Below, one piece after another: positions 41,779 to 52,007 of a stretch of DNA of 64,000 nt. The translations under genes were made by a program, and so were the position numbers. The DNA lies in contig JADGOC010000001.1 of the NCBI GenBank assembly GCA_017883165.1, forward strand, positions 3,252 through 67,251. The letters are read 5' to 3'. Origin of the DNA: Acidobacteriota bacterium. Its GTDB lineage: Bacteria > Acidobacteriota > Vicinamibacteria > Vicinamibacterales > CAVVIG01. Under the pieces are notes generated by a model. That model was not told where the DNA came from. It ran no database searches and saw nothing but the letters and a program-made list of their open reading frames with translations. The stretch's first letter is position 1. Every line of letters starts with the position of its first letter.

Positions 41779-42357
41779 TCAGTGAACGCCGCGTGACGTG
41801 TGGAGAGCCGCCGGGTCCGCGCCGAGCCGGCGGATCGCGGCTTCCCACATGCGATCGGGCGGCGTGTTGAACACGAGATCGCCATCGACGTCGCTCATCA
41901 GCCACGCCGACGCCTCGAGCTCGGCCTCGAGCTGGCCCGGCCCCCATCCTGAATAGCCGATCATCAGACGCGCGCGCGGCGGCGGCAGCGGCTCGAGCAG
42001 CCGGCGCAGCAGATCGGGCGAGGTCGACAGGTACAACCCGTCAGACACCGGCATTCCGCGCTCGTCCTTATCGTCCGGTTTATCGTCCGGTGTATCGTCC
42101 GGCTCCTCGCCGATGAGAATCCAGCTGCGCTCCGGTTCGACCGGTCCGCCGATCCAGACCTGGAGATCGTGGTCGGGCGTCACCGGCGGATCCAGATTGA
42201 CGACCACGCGGCCGGTCGTGACGAGCGGGCGGTTGAGGACGAGGCCGAACGCCCCGTCCTCGTTGTGCTTGCACAGGAGCACGACGGTGCGGCTGAAGTT
42301 GGGATCGATGAGCTGCGGCATCGAGAGCAGCAGCGACGGGGCGAGCGAGCCGGACAT
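41779..42357 (-). CDS. yqgE: YqgE/AlgH-family (UPF0301) protein
   Basis: The N-terminus LLLSMPQLIDPNFSRTVVLLCKHNEDGAFGLVLNRP is the family hallmark. Confidence 0.85.
   Translation of the reverse strand: MSGSLAPSLLLSMPQLIDPNFSRTVVLLCKHNEDGAFGLVLNRPLVTTGRVVVNLDPPVTPDHDLQVWIGGPVEPERSWILIGEEPDDTPDDKPDDKDERGMPVSDGLYLSTSPDLLRRLLEPLPPPRARLMIGYSGWGPGQLEAELEASAWLMSDVDGDLVFNTPPDRMWEAAIRRLGADPAALHTSRGVH
42069..42102. repeat. In-frame 12-bp tandem repeat x3 (core TATCGTCCGG) inside yqgE
   Basis: Read directly. It encodes the acidic insert PDDTPDDKPDDKDE. Confidence 0.85.
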
Positions 42358-42362
42358 CCCTT

Positions 42363-43290
42363 TTATTCTAGCGCCCTGAGGTTTTCGAGCGCGACCGAAA
42401 GGTTTCGCCGCACGCCGCTGACTTTCGTGCGCCGTATTGCGCTCCCGCGCATCGCGCGGCGCAGCTCATCGTCGCTCATCGCGGCAAGATCCGGCGTCGT
42501 TCGCCTGTCCCATGCCGGACGCGGTTGCCACACGGGATCGGCCGACGCGGGTGGAGCCGCGTTCCAGGGACAGACTTCCTGGCAAACGTCGCAGCCGTAC
42601 ACATGCGACCCGATCGCCGGCCGCAGCGCCTCGGGGACGCTCCCGCGCAGCTCGATCGTCAGATACGAGATGCACCGCGTCGAGTCGAGGACGCCCGGTT
42701 CGACAATCGCCTGCGTCGGGCACGCCTCGATGCACAGCGTGCACGCGCCGCACTGGTCGAACGACGGCCGATCAGGCTCGAGCGGCAGGCTGCAGATGAT
42801 CTCGCCGAGGAACAGCCAGGACCCGATGCCCGGATTGATGACGCACGTGTTCTTGCCGATCCAGCCGATGCCGGCGTGCTGCGCGTAGACGCGCTCCTGT
42901 ACCGGTCCCGTGTCCACGTAGCGCCGCGCGTCGAATGGACCCGCCGAGGCTTCGCGCATCCACGCCAGCAGCGCGTCGAGCCGCTTCTCGATCACGGCGT
43001 GATAGTCGTCGCCCCACGCATAGCGCGCGATCTGCGCGCGCGACGGATCGTCGCACTCGGTCGAATACGGCCGATCGGTGTTGTACACGGTGCCCGTGAC
43101 GATGACGCTGCGGGCGGACGGGAGAACGTTGCGGACATCGGCGCGGCGCTCGGCAGACCGGTTGAGATACGCCATCTCACCGGCGTAGCCGCGAGCGAGC
43201 CACTGCGGGAAGAAGTTCAGTTCAGGAAAGTCGCCGGCCGGCGCGATGCCGCACAGATCGAAGCCGAGCGCGCGCGCCCTGGCTTTGACC

Positions 43291-43304
<14 letters not shown>
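42363..43304 (-). CDS. queG: Epoxyqueuosine reductase
   Basis: Two 4Fe-4S ferredoxin motifs are present: [12 protein letters not shown] and [11 protein letters not shown]. The N-terminus [14 protein letters not shown] is QueG-like. Confidence 0.85.
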
Positions 43305-46044
<2,740 letters not shown>

Positions 46045-46120
46045 GACGGCAAGTCCTCAAAAAGCCCATCGTACCACACCGATTTCGCCGTCCCGCCTGA
46101 GCGAAACAGAGCCCAAATGA

Positions 46121-46139
46121 TGCGCATATTCTGCACGTT
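46121..46139. promoter_or_regulatory. Dyad site 1 (TGCGCATATTCTGCACGTT) in the acnA-amt divergent spacer
   Basis: 16/19 nt identical to site 2 by hand alignment. It contains GCGCA-N5-TGCAC. Confidence 0.4.
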
Positions 46140-46193
46140 CATGCCGACACATTGCCTTGATCGACGCACATGTCGCCGAAGTGATGATAATTC

Positions 46194-46212
46194 TGTGCAT
46201 ATATTGCACGTT
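46194..46212. promoter_or_regulatory. Dyad site 2 (TGTGCATATATTGCACGTT) with a perfect GTGCA-N5-TGCAC inverted repeat
   Basis: Read directly. Its centre is about 73 bp from the centre of site 1. Confidence 0.4.
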
Positions 46213-46214
46213 TC

Positions 46215-46229
46215 TGGTAACATCACTGC
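46215..46229 (+). promoter_or_regulatory. Sigma54-like -24/-12 element (TGGtaacatcacTGC, GG-N10-GC spacing)
   Basis: The spacing matches the TGGCAC-N5-TTGC class. However, the element lies only about 20 nt from the annotated amt ATG, so either the promoter call or the start codon is off. Confidence 0.3.
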
Positions 46230-46248
46230 GCAACTGAGGGGCTTACAC

Positions 46249-47631
46249 ATGACGTTGGCCATGGTGCGGCGCAAGACGGAACGGATTCGGGAGTTCTCGG
46301 CAATTCCTTTCCTGCTCATCGCCGGCGTGAGCCTGCTGGGCGCCTTCTTCCGGCCGGCGCCGCAGACGACGACCGGCGGCCCTGTCAGCACGGGCGACGT
46401 CGCCTGGATGCTCACCGCGACCGCGCTGGTCCTCCTCATGACGCCGGGGCTCTCGTTCTTTTACGGCGGCATGGTCCGCACCAAGAACGTCGTCTCGACG
46501 ATGCTTCAGAGCTTTGTGGCGATGGCGGTCATCACCATTCTCTGGATCGTCGTCGGCTTCAGCCTGGCGTTCGGCGACAGCATCCACGGCCTCATCGGCA
46601 ATCCGGCGACCTATTTCATGTTCACGCGCGTCGGCATCGCGACCCACCCGGTGCTCGCGCCGACGATCCCGCTGATGCTGTTCGCGCTCTTCCAGCTGAA
46701 GTTCGCGATCATCACGCCGGCGCTGATCTCCGGATCGTTCGCCGAGCGCGTGCGGTTCACCAGCTATCTGCTCTTCATGTGTCTGTTCAGCCTGTGCATC
46801 TACGCGCCGCTGGCGCACTGGACGTGGCATCCCGACGGCTTTCTGCACAAGATGGGCGTCCTCGACTTCGCGGGCGGGACCGTCGTGCACATGTCGGCGG
46901 GCTTTGCCGCGCTCGCCGGGGCCATGCAGCTCGGCCGCCGCAAGAGCCACGAAGCGAGCGAAACGCACACGCCGGCCAATATTCCGTTCGTGATCCTCGG
47001 CACCGGCATGCTGTGGTTCGGCTGGTTCGGCTTCAACGCCGGCTCGGCGCTCTCGGCGTCTGGCCTCGCGGTGATGGCGTTTGCGACGACGAACACGGCG
47101 TCGGCGTCGGCGGCGCTGGCATGGATCTTCTTCGACGGCATGCGCGGCGAGAAACCGTCGGCGCTCGGCGCCTGTGTCGGCGCGGTGGTCGGGCTCGTCG
47201 CCATCACGCCGGCGGCCGGCTACGTGAGCATCGGCCAGAGCATCTTCATCGGCGCGTGCGCCAGCGTCGTCTCGAACGTGCTGGTGCACTGGAAGACGAA
47301 GTCCACGCTCGACGACACGCTGGACGTGTTCCCGTGCCACGGCGTCGGCGGCATGGTCGGGATGCTGCTGACCGGCGTGTTCGCGAAAGACGTCGGGCTG
47401 ATGTCCGGATCGGCGCGGACGTTTCTCATCCACTGCGGAGCGCTCGTGTTCGTCGCGGTGTTCGCGTTCGTGGGCTCGTACTTCCTCTACAAGCTCACCA
47501 ATCTGATCATTCCGCTCCGGGTGTCCGACGAGCAGGAAGAGATCGGGCTCGATCTGAGCCAGCACGGCGAGGTGATGCAGGAGTCGGCGGCGCCATCGGC
47601 GTTTCCCCGCGTCCTCGCGAAGAGCGCCTAA
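46249..47631 (+). CDS. amt: Ammonium transporter (Amt family)
   Basis: This is the real C-terminal part of the 1461-aa track ORF. The product contains GDVAWMLTATALVLLMTPGLSFFYGGMVR, ...DFAGGTVVHMSAGFAAL and ...FPCHGVGGMVG. No glnK follows it. Confidence 0.9.
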   Translation: MTLAMVRRKTERIREFSAIPFLLIAGVSLLGAFFRPAPQTTTGGPVSTGDVAWMLTATALVLLMTPGLSFFYGGMVRTKNVVSTMLQSFVAMAVITILWIVVGFSLAFGDSIHGLIGNPATYFMFTRVGIATHPVLAPTIPLMLFALFQLKFAIITPALISGSFAERVRFTSYLLFMCLFSLCIYAPLAHWTWHPDGFLHKMGVLDFAGGTVVHMSAGFAALAGAMQLGRRKSHEASETHTPANIPFVILGTGMLWFGWFGFNAGSALSASGLAVMAFATTNTASASAALAWIFFDGMRGEKPSALGACVGAVVGLVAITPAAGYVSIGQSIFIGACASVVSNVLVHWKTKSTLDDTLDVFPCHGVGGMVGMLLTGVFAKDVGLMSGSARTFLIHCGALVFVAVFAFVGSYFLYKLTNLIIPLRVSDEQEEIGLDLSQHGEVMQESAAPSAFPRVLAKSA

Positions 47632-47655
47632 GATTCGCTCCACGTCTCAAGTGTG

Positions 47656-47692
47656 AGGGCGACGGTCGAGAGATCGTCGCCCTTTTTGTTTG
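47656..47692 (+). terminator. Rho-independent terminator after amt
   Basis: A 9-bp perfect stem (AGGGCGACG...CGTCGCCCT) is extendable to 12 bp around a GAGA loop. It is followed by TTTTTGTTTG. Confidence 0.75.
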
Positions 47693-47792
47693 TCCCGGCG
47701 CTCACGACAATCAACGCAGAACCCCATGCGGTCGGGTGCAACGACGTGGGAATCGGCAACTTGCGTCCATATGGGGCTGCGCGCAGACTGGC

Positions 47793-47805
47793 TGTTGGCT
47801 GCGAG
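47793..47805. repeat. 13-nt direct repeat TGTTGGCTGCGAG, copy 1
   Basis: Identical to 47925-47937. Confidence 0.8.
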
Positions 47806-47924
47806 CGCCCGCAGCCGACGGATGCCGCGCGGCCATACGCGGGCGGTATCTGGCCCGCAGGGGCGGTGTTAACATCCGGCGACGGTTGGAGATGAAACGG
47901 GCTGAAGATCCTCGCAGTGGTCGT

Positions 47925-47937
47925 TGTTGGCTGCGAG
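47925..47937. repeat. 13-nt direct repeat TGTTGGCTGCGAG, copy 2
   Basis: Identical to 47793-47805. Confidence 0.8.
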
Positions 47938-47992
47938 AGGAGAACCGCCTTCTACTCCAATACTAATTAGGCATTTCAAGGGAGATCTTGCA

Positions 47993-48436
47993 ATGAGCGA
48001 TGAAGCAGAAAGTGGCGAAGTACTGCACCAAGTGGCAGAAACCGACTGGTTTCTTCAGTCGCTAGTCAAGATGGTGAACGGCTTCACGATCGAGTTCGGG
48101 ATTACGTTGCAGGTCAGCGGAATGCTCGTCTCCGGCAACCTCGTAAGCGGCGAAAAGTACTTCGAAGGATTTGCCGCAGATTTCTCTGGTCCGTTCAACG
48201 CCGAACCAGAAGTCGCAGAGTCCATCAGAAAGAACTTCTCAAGCTACGGTGAAATATATCGGGTCGACAATGACGAGGCGACTCGGCCCCTGCCTCAGTT
48301 TATCCACCTTAAGAACGCGCGCTTCTTCAATACTGCTGACAAGCCGATTCCCGGAAACACTGGCGTTTGGTGGCGCGGTCGAATCTCTGAGGTCGGGGGC
48401 TTCTCGCTCGGGAGTCTCAGGGCTGAGGAAGCCTGA
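47993..48436 (+). CDS. Hypothetical 147-aa protein, possibly GvpU-family-like, in an AT-richer islet
   Basis: The ATG at 47993 has a GGGAG 8 nt upstream, and the codon composition is visibly AT-richer than the neighbours. The C-terminal motif FIHLKNARFF...VWWRGRISEVGGFSLGSL recalls GvpU-annotated proteins. That assignment is from memory and unverified. Confidence 0.55.
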   Translation: MSDEAESGEVLHQVAETDWFLQSLVKMVNGFTIEFGITLQVSGMLVSGNLVSGEKYFEGFAADFSGPFNAEPEVAESIRKNFSSYGEIYRVDNDEATRPLPQFIHLKNARFFNTADKPIPGNTGVWWRGRISEVGGFSLGSLRAEEA

Positions 48437-48458
48437 CGAGGCCGCCGTGGCCCACGCC

Positions 48459-48521
48459 ATGGAGATCTCGACCGGCGGTCCGCCTGTGGTCCTGATCGCC
48501 GAAGACGACAAGCCTGTTTGA
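48459..48521 (+). pseudogene. 20-codon stub resembling the start of a response-regulator receiver domain
   Basis: MEISTGGPPVVLIAEDDKPV* matches the typical ...VLIAEDD first strand/acidic pair and is then truncated. Confidence 0.35.
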
Positions 48522-48559
48522 GAGGCATCGCCGCCAGCTAGATCCCCGCGTCGAGCACC

Positions 48560-50104
48560 CTACCGAAGGCGGGCGCGGAGAAACTGTCGCACGATCTGCG
48601 TGACATCCTCGTGCCGCGCGTCCGCGGCGTCATTCATCGCCTGCATGTCGCCGGCGGAGATGCGTCCCCCGAGCCGCTCGAGCGCGGCCCGCACCTGCGG
48701 ATAGCGCAGCAGCGTCGCGGCCCGCGCGACCGGCGCCGCATCGTAGGGCGGAAAGTAGTGACGGTTGTCGTCCAGCCGAAAGAGATCGAGGCCTTTGATC
48801 AAGCCCGCCGTCGCGTCTCCCGCAATGAGATCGACCTGGCCGCCCGCAAGCGCCCGATAGCTGAGCGTCAGATCCATCACGCTCGGCGGCGCGCGGAACT
48901 GAAGGCCATACGCCTTCGCCAGGCCAGGATATCCGTCAGGCCGCTCCAGAAACTCGTAGCCGAATCCCGCACGCCACCTCGGCGCCTGCCGCGCCGCATC
49001 GTCGATCGTCTTGAGGCCGAGCGCGCGGGCGTCGCTGCCGCGCACGAGAATCGCAAACGTGTTGTCGTAGCCGAGCGCCGGCAGCACGGTGCGTCCGCCG
49101 CGCGCGTACAACTCGCGCACGGTCGCGTACACCGTGTTCGCGTTCGTGCTGATGGGCTGATGGAAAATCGCGGTCAGCGCGGTGCCGGTGTATTCGACAT
49201 AGACGTCGATGTCGCCCGCGGCGAGCGCGCGATCGCAAATGAGCGTCCCGCCCAGGTTCAGACGCCGCTCGACGGCGAGCCCGGTGTCCCGCTCGATCGT
49301 CTGCGCCAGGAGCTCGCCGAGAATCACCTGCTCGGTAAAATTTTTCGAGCCGACGACGATCGCGCCCTTCGCGCGCGCCGTGACGACGCCGCTGCCGACC
49401 AGCACGGCGGCAACGAGGGCGATAGCGGCCGCGGCGGACGCCGTCGTCGCGCGGCGCGACCGCCGCGTCTTGCGGGCCGAGAGATGCCGCTCCGTCCACC
49501 ACAGCGCCCCGTCGACCACGAGCGCGAGGATCGCGGCGGGAATCGCGCCGGCGAGAATCACCGTCGTATCAACCATCGAGAGGCCGCGATAAATGTATTC
49601 GCCGAGTCCGCCCGCGCCGATCGCCGCCGCAATCGTCGCCGTGCCGACACCGACGACCGCCGCGACCCGGATGCCGGCGACGATCGACGGCAGGGCGAGC
49701 GGCAGCTCCACCTGCCACAACAGCTCGCGCGGCGTCATGCCCATCGCGACGCCGGCTTCGCGGATCGCAGGATCGATCCCGTTCAAGCCCGCGATCGTCA
49801 TGCGGATAATCGGGAGCAGGCCGTACAGAATCAGGACGAAGCCGGCCGCCCGCGCGCCGACGCCGCCGATGAGCGGCACGGGGAGGAGAAAGCCGAACAT
49901 CGCGAGGCTCGGCACGGTCTGCACGATGTTGGCGATCGCGACGACGGGTGCGCCAAATCTCGGGCGCCGCGCCGCGAAGATGCCGAACGGCACGCCGACG
50001 GCGGCCGCCACGAGCGTCGACAACGCGACGAGCAGGACGTGCTGCGCGAAGAGCGTGACGAGCTCGGCGCGATGCGACAGCCAGAAGGAAAGGAGGGGCA
50101 TCAT
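48560..50104 (-). CDS. ABC importer, fused permease and OpuBC/OsmX-type (glycine betaine/choline) substrate-binding domain
   Basis: The N-terminal half is a 5-6 TM permease with an EAA-like loop (IREAGVAMGMTPRELLWQVELPLALP). The C-terminal half reads IVVGSKNFTEQVILGELLAQ...DIDVYVEYTGTAL. Confidence 0.85.
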   Translation of the reverse strand: MMPLLSFWLSHRAELVTLFAQHVLLVALSTLVAAAVGVPFGIFAARRPRFGAPVVAIANIVQTVPSLAMFGFLLPVPLIGGVGARAAGFVLILYGLLPIIRMTIAGLNGIDPAIREAGVAMGMTPRELLWQVELPLALPSIVAGIRVAAVVGVGTATIAAAIGAGGLGEYIYRGLSMVDTTVILAGAIPAAILALVVDGALWWTERHLSARKTRRSRRATTASAAAAIALVAAVLVGSGVVTARAKGAIVVGSKNFTEQVILGELLAQTIERDTGLAVERRLNLGGTLICDRALAAGDIDVYVEYTGTALTAIFHQPISTNANTVYATVRELYARGGRTVLPALGYDNTFAILVRGSDARALGLKTIDDAARQAPRWRAGFGYEFLERPDGYPGLAKAYGLQFRAPPSVMDLTLSYRALAGGQVDLIAGDATAGLIKGLDLFRLDDNRHYFPPYDAAPVARAATLLRYPQVRAALERLGGRISAGDMQAMNDAADARHEDVTQIVRQFLRARLR

Positions 50105-50844
50105 GGCAGACGGGTGACGGCGTCCAAGAGGCGGCGCACGGCCGGATGCATCGACCGAACAATCGCACTCGGCCGATCACAAGCGGCGAGCTTGCCTTCG
50201 TCGAGCACGCCCAGACGGTCGCCGAGCGCGAACGCCTCGCCCATGTCGTGGGTGACGATGATGACAGTCTTGCGCAGGCGATCCTGAATGCGGCGGAACT
50301 CGGCGTGCAGCTCAGCCCGCGTGAGCGGGTCCAGCGCGCCGAACGGCTCATCCATGAGCAACACCGGCGGATCGACCGCCAGCGCCCGCGCCACGCCGAC
50401 GCGCTGACGCTGCCCGCCCGACAATTCGTCAGGCCAGCGAGCGGCGAACTCCCGGGGCTCGAGGCCAATCAGGTCCAGCAGCTCGCCGACTCGAGCGGCG
50501 ACGCGGTCGCGCGGCCACCCCTCGAGCCGCGGAACCACGCCGATGTTGTCCTCGACGGTCATGTGCGGAAAGAGGCCGACCTCCTGCAGCACGTAGCCCA
50601 CGCGGCGCCGCAGGCGGATCGGCGCCCAGTCGCGCGTGTCGCGCCCCTCGACCAACACCGCGCCCGCATCAGGGAGCAGCAGCCGGTTCACGAGCTTCAG
50701 CAGCGTCGTCTTGCCGGCGCCGCTGCGTCCGACGAGCGCGAGCACTTCTCCGGGCGGCACGCGAAGATCGAACCGATCGAGGACGGCCGCGCCGCCAGGA
50801 CGGGCGAATGAGACGGCGCGAAATTCAATGGCCGCGTCGGGCAT
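50101..50844 (-). CDS. ABC transporter ATP-binding protein
   Basis: The ATG at 50844 gives MPDAAIEFRAVSF.... ATPase motifs are Walker A (GRSGAGKTT), the signature (LSGGQRQR) and Walker B (LLMDEPFGALD). It has a 4-nt overlap with the permease gene. Confidence 0.9.
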   Translation of the reverse strand: MPDAAIEFRAVSFARPGGAAVLDRFDLRVPPGEVLALVGRSGAGKTTLLKLVNRLLLPDAGAVLVEGRDTRDWAPIRLRRRVGYVLQEVGLFPHMTVEDNIGVVPRLEGWPRDRVAARVGELLDLIGLEPREFAARWPDELSGGQRQRVGVARALAVDPPVLLMDEPFGALDPLTRAELHAEFRRIQDRLRKTVIIVTHDMGEAFALGDRLGVLDEGKLAACDRPSAIVRSMHPAVRRLLDAVTRLP

Positions 50845-50852
50845 GTGCGTTC

Positions 50853-52007
50853 TTAGACGCCGGCGCCACGGCGGCTGGAGACGAACCGCAGAATCGCTTC
50901 CGCCGCGCGCCGGCTCGCCCCCGGCGCGCCGAGGCGTTCGCGCACGCGCGCCAGGCCGGTGCGGATGCGCGCCGCGCGCGCCGGGTCGGTCAGCATGGAC
51001 ACGGCTTCGTCGGCCACGGCGTCCGGCGTGCACGCGTCCTGAATCAGTTCGGGGACGATCTTCTCACCGGCGATCAGATTCACCATGCCGAAGGTGTCGA
51101 GCCTGACGAGCGGCCGGCCGAGGCGATACGTGAGCGGCGACAGTTTGTAGACGACAACCATCGGCGTGTCGTGCAGCGCGGTCTGCACGGTGGCGGTGCC
51201 CGACGCGGTCAGCGCGACGTCGGCCGCCGCCAGCACGCCGTCGGTGTCGCCTTCGACGAGCGCCATCGGCGCGAACCGGGCGGTCCGCACCGCGTCGAAG
51301 AGATGGTCGTCGAGGCTCGGCGCGCGGGCGATCGTGAACTGCGCACCGGCGACCCGCGCGCGGATCCGCTCGGCCGCGGCGAGGAGCGTCGACAGAATCC
51401 GCGTCACCTCGTTCGGACGGCTGCCCGGCAGCATCGCAATCGTCGGCGCGTCGGTTGACAACCCGTGCCGCCGGAGAAACGCGTCTTTCGGCTCCGTCGC
51501 TTGCACCAGATCGACGAGGGGATGTCCGACGAACTCCACCGGTATGCCGGCGTCGCGATAGAGCTTCTCTTCGAACGGGAAGATCACGAGCACGAGGTCG
51601 GCGATTTCGCGGATCGTCTTCAGCCGCCCTGGGCGCCACGCCCAGATCTGCGGGCTGATGTAGTACACGACCGGAATCCCGAGCCGCTTGACCCGGCGCG
51701 CCAGCGGAAAGTTGAAGTCGGGGAAATCGATGACGACCAGGGCGTCGGGGCGATCGCGCGCGGCGGACGCGACGAGCCGGCGCAGCGTCGACCACGATCG
51801 CGGCAGCTTCGCGATGGCCTCCGTCAGACCGGTGACGGACAGACCGCGGTAGTCGTCGATGAGCTGTCCGCCCGCCGCGGCGAACTGCGGACCGCCGAGG
51901 CCCGCGATCGTTGCAGTCGAATCGATCGCGCGGAGCTCGCGCGTCAGCGCGCCCGCATACAGGTCGCCGGACGCCTCGCCGCACGACAGCAGCAGGCGCG
52001 TCGTCAA
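50853..52007 (-). CDS. lpxB: Lipid-A-disaccharide synthase
   Basis: The product starts MTTRLLLSCGEASGDLYAGALTRELR and contains ...YYISPQIWAWRPGR and ...SGTATVQTAL. Confidence 0.9.
   Translation of the reverse strand: MTTRLLLSCGEASGDLYAGALTRELRAIDSTATIAGLGGPQFAAAGGQLIDDYRGLSVTGLTEAIAKLPRSWSTLRRLVASAARDRPDALVVIDFPDFNFPLARRVKRLGIPVVYYISPQIWAWRPGRLKTIREIADLVLVIFPFEEKLYRDAGIPVEFVGHPLVDLVQATEPKDAFLRRHGLSTDAPTIAMLPGSRPNEVTRILSTLLAAAERIRARVAGAQFTIARAPSLDDHLFDAVRTARFAPMALVEGDTDGVLAAADVALTASGTATVQTALHDTPMVVVYKLSPLTYRLGRPLVRLDTFGMVNLIAGEKIVPELIQDACTPDAVADEAVSMLTDPARAARIRTGLARVRERLGAPGASRRAAEAILRFVSSRRGAGV

Noticed and set aside
47693-47992. Possible degraded glnK (PII) gene or another ORF in the untranslated stretch after amt (track ORFs 47653..47895 and 47690..47872).
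   Set aside because: No frame gives anything resembling the PII N-terminus or T-loop. The two track ORFs have no SD and no motifs, and one of them starts inside the amt terminator.
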